DNA of 32,000 bases from Oscillospiraceae bacterium. Lineage in GTDB: Bacteria; Bacillota; Clostridia; Oscillospirales; Ruminococcaceae. Position numbers and translations under genes: made by a program. Location of the stretch: the NCBI GenBank assembly GCA_017435565.1, contig JAFSEU010000027.1:1-32000 (forward strand), written 5' to 3'. The notes under the pieces are model-generated. The model was not told the DNA's origin. It saw only the letters and a list, made by a program, of their open reading frames with translations, and searched no databases. The number at the start of each line of letters is the position of its first letter. The first letter of the stretch is position 1. Shown piece by piece: positions 25,852 through 32,000 of this stretch.

Positions 25852-26816
25852 TACTGTTCAACAGTTGTGGTATCTGCGGATATTTCCTTAAGGCTTGCCG
25901 CAAGCGAAGCAAGCGACTGAATCTCACTGGGGATAATAATTTTTGTAGCCTTGCCGTCAGCAGCCTTAGCAAACGCCTCAAGGCTCTTGATAGCGATAAC
26001 GGACTGTGCAGGATTTGCAGCATTTCCACCGGCAAGTGCCTGCTGTACAAGCTCAATAGCCTTTGCTTCACCTTCAGCTTCAAGAATTTTCTGCTCTCTG
26101 ATAGCGTCAGCACGAAGGATAACAGCCTGCTGTTCAGCCTCAGCTCTTAAAATTGCAGCCTGCTTTGCAGCCTCAGCACGAAGAATCTGTGATTCCTTTT
26201 CACCCTCTGCAACGAGAACTGCGGACTTCTTTTCACCCTCTGCCTGCAAAATCTTTTCACGGCGCTCACGTTCAGCCTTCATCTGCTTTTCCATAGCATC
26301 CTGAATCTCTCTCGGAGGAAGAATATTCTTAAGCTCAACACGGTTTACCTTAATACCCCAACGATCAGTTGCCTGGTCGAGAATTGCGGTAATTTTTGTG
26401 TTGATAACATCACGTGAAGTAAGTGTAGAGTCAAGCTCAAGCTCACCGATGATATTACGCAGGGTTGTCGCAGTAAGATTCTCAATCGCAGAAATAGGTC
26501 TTTCAACACCGTAGGTATACTGCTTTGCGTCAGTAACCTGGAAGAAAACAACCGTATCAATCTGCATAGTTACATTATCCTTTGTGATAACAGCCTGGGG
26601 CTTGAAGTCAACAACCCTTTCCTTGATGGATACAGGCTCTAAAACCCTGTCAATAAACGGCCATGCAAAATGAGGGCCTGTTCCCCATGCTTTATAAAAG
26701 CTTCCGAGTCTTTCAACAACATATATCTTTGCCTGAGGCACAATTTTGATACCTCTGATAATTATGATAAGCAAAAATACCAGAATACCTACAAGAATAT
26801 ATCCTTCTGTTCCCAT
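25851..26816 (-). CDS. SPFH/band-7 (stomatin/slipin-like) membrane protein
   Basis: An N-terminal TM anchor is followed by an SPFH core (VVERLGSFYK...DTVVFFQV...RDVIN) and then a long Ala/Glu-rich coiled coil. The stop overlaps the rluA-family start in the sequence TAATG. Confidence 0.9.
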   Translation of the reverse strand: MGTEGYILVGILVFLLIIIIRGIKIVPQAKIYVVERLGSFYKAWGTGPHFAWPFIDRVLEPVSIKERVVDFKPQAVITKDNVTMQIDTVVFFQVTDAKQYTYGVERPISAIENLTATTLRNIIGELELDSTLTSRDVINTKITAILDQATDRWGIKVNRVELKNILPPREIQDAMEKQMKAERERREKILQAEGEKKSAVLVAEGEKESQILRAEAAKQAAILRAEAEQQAVILRADAIREQKILEAEGEAKAIELVQQALAGGNAANPAQSVIAIKSLEAFAKAADGKATKIIIPSEIQSLASLAASLKEISADTTTVEQ

Positions 26817-26855
26817 AATAAAAATCCTCCATAAATCTGATTTAAATAGCGATTA

Positions 26856-27290
26856 TCAATCTTCGCTGTCTTTGAGTGAAACAATAAGCTTTGCTCCCTC
26901 AACAGCATTGACAATAACAATTGAGTCCTTTGAAATTTTTGAGCCATCCTTTGAAACAGCAGCCCAATCAACGCCGTTAAGAGTTACTCTTCCCGTCGAG
27001 GCAGAATTGTTGATATCCTCAATAACGGTAGCGCTCTTGCCGATATCAAGCTCGGCATTTGTGGGCTGAGTCCCCATCTTCAAAGCCTTTTTGACAATCG
27101 GTCTTGACGCAATGAGCAATGCAGTCGAAACAACCAGAAAAACTGTGAACTGCAGCCAAAGCGGTCCGTTGCATAAAACAACAATCGTCGAAGCAAGTGC
27201 ACCTGCGGCAAACCAAACAGATACAAGCTGCAATGTTTCGATTTCAATAATAATCAAAACAATAAATAAAGCCGGCCATACTATGTACAT
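26856..27290 (-). CDS. NfeD-family membrane protein (partner of SPFH)
   Basis: Hydrophobic helices are followed by a C-terminal OB-fold segment (GKSATVIEDI...GRVTLNGVDWAAVS). The gene sits immediately upstream of the SPFH gene. The start is set at the ATG at 27290 (MYIVWPALF), after AAAGGAAA. Confidence 0.8.
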   Translation of the reverse strand: MYIVWPALFIVLIIIEIETLQLVSVWFAAGALASTIVVLCNGPLWLQFTVFLVVSTALLIASRPIVKKALKMGTQPTNAELDIGKSATVIEDINNSASTGRVTLNGVDWAAVSKDGSKISKDSIVIVNAVEGAKLIVSLKDSED

Positions 27291-27571
27291 TTTAAAATTT
27301 CCTTTCTTAAAATATGAAATTTTGGCTGTGTTATTATTGTAACACACAAAATTCAAAATTTCAATATTAAACTTACAATATGTCGATATCTGTAATTTTG
27401 CTGTAATCTTTTTATACCGTTTTTTTACACACGGGCACAAGGACAAAAACGCCTGAAAATCACCGTTTTCACATTATTTTCCAATTCATTCGGTTACAGT
27501 TTTTTTCTGTGATCAAATCACCAAATCAAGCCGAAAACAGCCTGCTATGTATAATATATTCACTTTTGCGG

Positions 27572-27608
27572 AAAAAAATAATAAAACCCTGCAAAAAAGC
27601 AGGGTTTT
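27572..27608 (-). terminator. Rho-independent terminator after yegP-like gene
   Basis: The stem is AAAACCCTGC (27583-27592) paired with GCAGGGTTTT (27599-27608). On the minus strand it is followed by ATTATTTTTTT. Confidence 0.75.
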
Positions 27609-27622
27609 CAGTAAGCACAGAT

Positions 27623-28000
27623 TTATTCTTCAGGTTCAACAATAACTGCGTCAACAACATTCTTGCGAACGCTTTCGATGCCGTTCTTGCAGCTTGCCTT
27701 TGCAACATAGCCTTCGCTTGCAGCAATGGGCTCGCCGTTTCTTGCTTTGAGCCTGAATCGGTATTCACCGGCCTTGTCAAGATAAATCTCAAACTTGGGA
27801 TGCTTTGCTGCTTCATATCCTTCAACGGTCTGGTCCTCAAGATTTGCAGCCTGCGCATTCTTGATAACACTTTCAATACTGTTTTTGCAGCTTGCAAGAG
27901 TTGAAAAAACCTCTCCGCCTGTTGCTATAGTTTCGCCGTTGCCTGCCTTAAGACTGAATGTAAAGCCTGTTTTTGTTGCGTTAATAACAAATTTTCCCAT
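27623..28000 (-). CDS. YegP/UPF0339 (DUF1508) protein with two tandem DUF1508 repeats
   Basis: The two repeats are FTFSLKAGNGETIATGGEVFSTLASCKNSIESVIKNA and YRFRLKARNGEPIAASEGYVAKASCKNGIESVRKN. The start is set at the ATG at 28000 (MGKFVI). Confidence 0.8.
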   Translation of the reverse strand: MGKFVINATKTGFTFSLKAGNGETIATGGEVFSTLASCKNSIESVIKNAQAANLEDQTVEGYEAAKHPKFEIYLDKAGEYRFRLKARNGEPIAASEGYVAKASCKNGIESVRKNVVDAVIVEPEE

Positions 28001-28054
28001 TGGTATCAATTCCTTTCGGTAATTTTTATATGCTACGCTCTAATAGCTGTTATT

Positions 28055-28083
28055 ATTTTACTATATATTTGTCGATTTGTCAA
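28055..28083 (-). promoter_or_regulatory. Near-consensus promoter of the yegP-like gene
   Basis: The minus strand reads TTGACA (28083-28078), a 17-nt spacer, then TAAAAT (28060-28055). Confidence 0.55.
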
Positions 28084-28107
28084 CTATTTTGTTGAAAATG
28101 CAGTAAA

Positions 28108-28139
28108 GCGCCGAAGAATTTCTCCTTCGGCGCTCTTTT
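28108..28139. terminator. Hairpin terminator downstream of the DUF11 gene
   Basis: The stem is GCGCCGAAG (28108-28116) paired with CTTCGGCGC (28125-28133). The U-tract is better on the + strand (TCTTTT) than on the minus strand (TTTACTGCATTTT), so directionality is ambiguous. Confidence 0.55.
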
Positions 28140-28152
28140 GGGAAACTGATTT

Positions 28153-29007
28153 TCACACAGTTCCTCTTATAACAAGCGTAGCAACGCCGGGTGTGGTGCT
28201 CCACACACCGGTCTCATCGTCCCGAATAAATGTGGCAGCCGGTACGGTAACTCTGCCTGCGGCAGTCGCAAACACACCTGTTTCTTCGTTGTAGGTGTAG
28301 TCAGCGGGTTCGCTAAGCAGCACACCATCAAGCTCAACCGAAATATTGTTCAGAATCGGTGAAAATGTGTCAGCAATTACAACATCATCCGTTGCAACGA
28401 TTGCTCTGCTGCCAAGATTCTGAATAACAAAAGTATAGGTTATTTCTCCGTTTTCCGCAACAGTTTCGGGAGAAATAAACTTTGCAATAGAAAGGTTGGC
28501 CTCACTGCGTGCGTTGACCGTTTCCGAAACACTTATCGGCTCAGTAAGTCCTGCTGCCGTGATCACAGCTGTATTGGTGATTGAACCTTCTTCGCCAAGC
28601 GGAGCATAGCTATTGACGCTTGCCTGATAAATCAGAATAGCACTGCTGTTTGCAGGCACGCTGATTCCGCTTATTACAAGACCATTTTGTGCCGAAACTG
28701 TCGGGTCACCCTGCAGCACACCATTAAGATAATACTGAATTGAGCCCTCAACATAGTCAAGAGGGAACACTGTCTGACCGCCGACCTGATACGCTCCGAG
28801 ATTATCGCTTACAGTCACACCTGTATATGCGCTTGCACCCGTATTGACAATGCTGATGACATATGTCACGTCATCATTTGCCGAATAATCTTCAGAAACA
28901 GCATTTTTTGTCGCACTGAGGACCTGAACTATATTACCCGTGACTATATTTGAATTGAGCACATTGCCGTTGTATGACAACGTTGCCTGATTTGTAAAGA
29001 TTGCCAT
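28153..29007 (-). CDS. DUF11 ('conserved repeat domain', TIGR01451-like) Ig-fold protein without a signal peptide
   Basis: There are two repeat modules. The first is LSATKNAVSEDYSANDDVTYVISIVNTGASAYTGVTVSDNL. The second is LSIAKFISPETVAENGEITYTFVIQNLGSRAIVATDDVVIADTF. The N-terminus (MAIFTNQATLSYNG) has no hydrophobic leader. Confidence 0.7.
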   Translation of the reverse strand: MAIFTNQATLSYNGNVLNSNIVTGNIVQVLSATKNAVSEDYSANDDVTYVISIVNTGASAYTGVTVSDNLGAYQVGGQTVFPLDYVEGSIQYYLNGVLQGDPTVSAQNGLVISGISVPANSSAILIYQASVNSYAPLGEEGSITNTAVITAAGLTEPISVSETVNARSEANLSIAKFISPETVAENGEITYTFVIQNLGSRAIVATDDVVIADTFSPILNNISVELDGVLLSEPADYTYNEETGVFATAAGRVTVPAATFIRDDETGVWSTTPGVATLVIRGTV

Positions 29008-29087
29008 AGATATACCTCCATAAGAATAATTCTTTTAACATCCTTATGTCAGCATAATATGCACAAGCAATACAAACTGTGAAAGCG

Positions 29088-29660
29088 CTATCCGACTATC
29101 TCTTTAAGATATCCTGCAGCTATTCCGAGAGCGGCAGCCGTAAAAACTACAATAATCGGACTGAGCTTTTTAAATACCATTACAAGACAAATAATGAATA
29201 TTATCAATGTTGTAATAAATGAATAAGAAGTAAAATACTCAAGTGTAATTTTTGTGGGAATGAATACTTCGGCGGCAATTGAAAGTGCGGCAGCGCCAAT
29301 CATTCCTATAACAGCGGGTCGGAGTCCGCTCATACACGCACTGACAGTTTTGCTCGATTTGAATTTAAGATAGAACTTTGCTACAAGAAGTATTATGATA
29401 AAAGACGGCATAACAACACCTATCGTTGAACATACTGCACCGAAAAATCCGCCTGTCTGCGAGCCGACAAAGGTAGCCATATTTATTGCAAAGGGTCCGG
29501 GCGTACTCTCACTGATTGCAATGAAATTTACAATATCTCCCGCAGTCAGCCAACCGTGAGCAAGCACCTCCTGCTGAATAAGCGGTATCATAGCATAGCC
29601 GCCGCCGAAGGTAAACGCTCCGATTTTGAAAAAGGTCAGAAACAATTTAATATATATCAT
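29088..29660 (-). CDS. chrA: Chromate transporter (CHR family, short monodomain) - second gene of a split pair
   Basis: FKIGAFTFGGGYAMIPLIQ and ESTPGPFAINMATFVG motifs are present, with about 5-6 TM helices. The start overlaps the stop of the upstream paralogue by 4 nt. Confidence 0.85.
   Translation of the reverse strand: MIYIKLFLTFFKIGAFTFGGGYAMIPLIQQEVLAHGWLTAGDIVNFIAISESTPGPFAINMATFVGSQTGGFFGAVCSTIGVVMPSFIIILLVAKFYLKFKSSKTVSACMSGLRPAVIGMIGAAALSIAAEVFIPTKITLEYFTSYSFITTLIIFIICLVMVFKKLSPIIVVFTAAALGIAAGYLKEIVG
29583..29630. repeat. Copy 1 of a 48-bp perfect direct repeat shared by the two chrA paralogues
   Basis: CGGTATCATAGCATAGCCGCCGCCGAAGGTAAACGCTCCGATTTTGAA is identical at 29583-29630 and 30128-30175. 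It encodes FKIGAFTFGGGYAMIP on the minus strand. Confidence 0.9.
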
Positions 29661-30217
29661 TTTGTCTTCCCCCTTTTAGCGTTTATAACCGACATCAGAA
29701 TACCGCACAGTGCACAGCCGATTATAATAATAATTGCACTGATATCGGTAAAAGCACAAAACAAAAACGCACCGAGAGCGATTCCGACAGAAAAAGCATT
29801 TTTCGGGCACTTCTTTCCCATTGATATTACAGCTTTCACAAGCAAGGCAACTACGCCCGCACGAATGCCCGCATAGGCATACTGCACGGCTTTAAGTTCA
29901 GAAAACTCACTTAAAAGCATTGAAATCAGCAATATAATTATAAACGAAGGCATTACAAGCCCTAAGGTTGCACAAAACGCACCCATAACACCTGCGGTCT
30001 GATATCCCACAAAGGTTGCGGCATTTACAGAAATCGGCCCGGGGGTACTTTCGCCGACAGCTATAATATCCAGCAGTTCTTCCTCGGTAATCCATTTTTT
30101 CTTCTGCGCAATATCACGCTGAATAATCGGTATCATAGCATAGCCGCCGCCGAAGGTAAACGCTCCGATTTTGAAGAACGTCGAAAACAGCTCAAGATAT
30201 ATTTTTTTATTCTTCAT
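29657..30217 (-). CDS. chrA: Chromate transporter (CHR family, short monodomain) - first gene of a split pair
   Basis: FKIGAFTFGGGYAMIPIIQ and ESTPGPISVNAATFVG motifs are present. The arrangement resembles B. subtilis ywrA/ywrB. Confidence 0.85.
   Translation of the reverse strand: MKNKKIYLELFSTFFKIGAFTFGGGYAMIPIIQRDIAQKKKWITEEELLDIIAVGESTPGPISVNAATFVGYQTAGVMGAFCATLGLVMPSFIIILLISMLLSEFSELKAVQYAYAGIRAGVVALLVKAVISMGKKCPKNAFSVGIALGAFLFCAFTDISAIIIIIGCALCGILMSVINAKRGKTK
30128..30175. repeat. Copy 2 of the 48-bp perfect direct repeat shared by the two chrA paralogues
   Basis: This is the same 48-mer as at 29583-29630. The flanking bases differ on both sides. Confidence 0.9.
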
Positions 30218-30387
30218 AACAAATCCCTTTCATATATTTTTATTCAATCAATTGATTATACCACAGTAATTCACATTTTTCAATCACTTTAACCCATATT
30301 TAATCATCACGGAATACAATGTTTAAGAAAAAATTAAGCTTTAGATATTAAAATAAGCTTTGACAACAAAACAACGGAGGAAATATA

Positions 30388-32000
30388 ATGCCAAAATCAA
30401 AGAACAGCAAAGCAACGGCACTCTTATTGTGCATATGCTGTATGCTGTCGTCCTGCTCGCAAAGCAGAAACAGCGAATCACAGAATGCCGCATCACAGCA
30501 AACAAGCACACACTCATCCGCATCTGAAATAGCAATGTCGTCAGGTACACTGGATTATCCGACCGAGGCTGTAACAGGCACCGAGCAAAACGCCGACACT
30601 CATATAACTCTGAGTGATGACAACATTGCCATCGACGGAAACGGAGCTCAAGCAACTGATAATATTGTTACAATTTCGTCGGGCGGTTCCTATATCATAA
30701 ACGGAACACTCAGCGACGGTCAGCTTGTTGTTGATACCGCAGATGAAGAAAGCGTTGATATATATTTAAACGGCGTCAAGCTTTCGTGTTCAACATCCGC
30801 CGCTGTAAATATTATCAGCGCACCCAAAAAGGTAAAGCTAATCTCCTGCGAAGGCTCTATAAATATCTTCAGCGACGGCTCGGATTATCATTCTTCTGAC
30901 AGTACCGAGGAAGATGCCGTAAGTGCAGCAATTTTCAGTATGGAAGATCTTGAAATTGAAGGCGGAGGTGAAATTTATGTCACCTCAAACTGCTGCAAGG
31001 GCATTTTTTCTAAGGACGACCTTGAAATTACAGGCGGAAATCTCTTTATAACCGCTGTTGATGACGGAATCAGAGGCAAGGACTCGCTCGTCATTTCAAA
31101 CGCTGTATTGAGCATCAGTTCAAGTGCGGACGGTCTGAGAACCTCAAACGAAACAGAAGAAAATATGGGAAATATGGCTATTTCCGATTCTCAGGTTAAT
31201 ATAACATCAGCTCTTGACGGTATTCAATCCGTCGGCACTCTCACCATAAACAACTCTACCATAAATGTAGTATCTGCCGACGGCTATGAAAATGCACAGG
31301 CTCACACTGACGAATTTATGCACGGCGGAGGTTTTGGCGGCGGTCACCGGGGCGACGGTAATTTCAATGGTGAAATGCCCGATGATTTCAGCAGACCCGA
31401 TGACTTCAGTATGCCAGATATGCCGCAGGATGGATTTGCACCCGATATGGGTCAGACACCGCCCGATATGAATTTTGCGCCTGTTTCATACACACAAGGC
31501 GCCGAAACCGAAACAACTACGCAAAGCACAAAAGGCATAAAATCAACAGGCGATTTAAAAATCACAGGCGGTTCTGTTTCCATAAACTGCGCCGATGATG
31601 CGATTCACAGTAATGCAAACTGCACAATTTCAAGCGGTAGCTTTACAATATATGCAGGCGACGATGCACTTCACGCCGATAATACCCTTACAATTTCAGG
31701 CGGCGAAATCTCCGTAATTTCATCATATGAAGGTATTGAAGCAAGCAACATTTATATAAACGGCGGAAATGTTCTTATAACCTCATCCGATGACGGGCTC
31801 AACGCTTCCGATGGCAGTTCATCAGGTGGCGGCTTCGGCGGCGGATTTGCCGCTTCAGATGTAAGCATTGTTGTCAGCGGCGGCACAACCATTGTCAACG
31901 CACAAGGCGACGGAATCGACTCAAACGGAACGGTTGGATTAAGCGATGGCACGCTTGTTGTCTTTGGCCCTACAAACGGCGGCAACGGTGCGCTTGATTA
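30388..32000 (+). CDS. Lipoprotein with Cthe_2159-like (PF14262/DUF4353, 'carbohydrate-binding domain-containing') beta-helix repeats; 3' end lies outside the window
   Basis: I translated it by hand and found 537 sense codons and no stop from the ATG at 30388 to nt 32000. GGAGG lies at 30376-30380. The lipobox is LLLCICCMLSSC. Repeated solenoid motifs include ITGGSVSINCADDAIHSN, ISSGSFTIYAGDDALHAD, ISGGEISVISSYEGIEA, and INGGNVLITSSDDGLNA. It is absent from the ORF track because it is open-ended. Confidence 0.75.
   Translation, partial: MPKSKNSKATALLLCICCMLSSCSQSRNSESQNAASQQTSTHSSASEIAMSSGTLDYPTEAVTGTEQNADTHITLSDDNIAIDGNGAQATDNIVTISSGGSYIINGTLSDGQLVVDTADEESVDIYLNGVKLSCSTSAAVNIISAPKKVKLISCEGSINIFSDGSDYHSSDSTEEDAVSAAIFSMEDLEIEGGGEIYVTSNCCKGIFSKDDLEITGGNLFITAVDDGIRGKDSLVISNAVLSISSSADGLRTSNETEENMGNMAISDSQVNITSALDGIQSVGTLTINNSTINVVSADGYENAQAHTDEFMHGGGFGGGHRGDGNFNGEMPDDFSRPDDFSMPDMPQDGFAPDMGQTPPDMNFAPVSYTQGAETETTTQSTKGIKSTGDLKITGGSVSINCADDAIHSNANCTISSGSFTIYAGDDALHADNTLTISGGEISVISSYEGIEASNIYINGGNVLITSSDDGLNASDGSSSGGGFGGGFAASDVSIVVSGGTTIVNAQGDGIDSNGTVGLSDGTLVVFGPTNGGNGALD

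Noticed and set aside
25951-26304. A 117-aa Ala/Ser/Cys-rich + strand ORF
   Set aside because: It is the antisense reading of the GAA/GCA-rich coiled-coil region of the SPFH gene, so it is a codon-periodicity artefact.
30341-31985. Track ORFs 30341-30655 (-), 31286-31471 (+) and 31752-31985 (-)
   Set aside because: All overlap the much longer open-ended + strand lipoprotein ORF that starts at 30388, and they lie off-frame or antisense to it.

Overview
This 32-kb window is a chromosomal segment of a mid/low-G+C Firmicute of class Clostridia. A dockerin-bearing GH9 cellulase and a Cthe_2159-like lipoprotein suggest a cellulolytic Ruminococcus/Oscillospiraceae-type organism, but that is inference only. 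All family calls come from motif recognition by eye; no BLAST or HMM search was possible.

Layout:
- nt 1-20: extreme 5' end of a minus-strand 16S rRNA gene, with a consensus promoter at 263-291.
- 0.5-14.5 kb, + strand, housekeeping block: DnaD/DnaB-like protein, DnaI/DnaC-like loader, SGNH hydrolase, MetRS-like ligase, yajC, TIGR04086 membrane protein, HAD hydrolase, tsaE, tsaB, an orphan MinD/ParA ATPase, mgsA, hisS, aspS, and a CNNM/CorC transporter.
- 14.5-18.4 kb: convergent GH9-CBM3c-dockerin cellulase, then a WYL-domain regulator divergent from a strongly promoted 87-aa 3-TM protein.
- 18.6-21.4 kb: phosphosugar mutase, then a stand-alone XRE-HTH protein carrying a 15-residue Gly/Asn/Cys repeat.
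- 21.4-30.2 kb, minus strand: DUF218/YdcF, an AT-rich acidic lipoprotein, a TSCPD (TIGR03905) protein, a PHP phosphoesterase, an RluA-family pseudouridine synthase, SPFH, NfeD, YegP, a DUF11 protein, and a split ChrA pair.
- 30388 to the window end: a long + strand ORF (Cthe_2159-like lipoprotein) that is missing from the supplied ORF track because it has no stop in the window.

I saw no tRNA, CRISPR array, transposase, integrase, T-box or recognised defence gene, and I cannot point to a clear novel multi-gene system. The best second-look candidates are:
- the HTH/Cys-ladder repeat protein unit (20.4-21.4 kb);
- the WYL regulator plus small membrane protein module (16.9-18.4 kb);
- the compositionally foreign lipoprotein inside an operon (22.2-23.6 kb);
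- the leaderless DUF11/YegP pair (27.6-29.0 kb).
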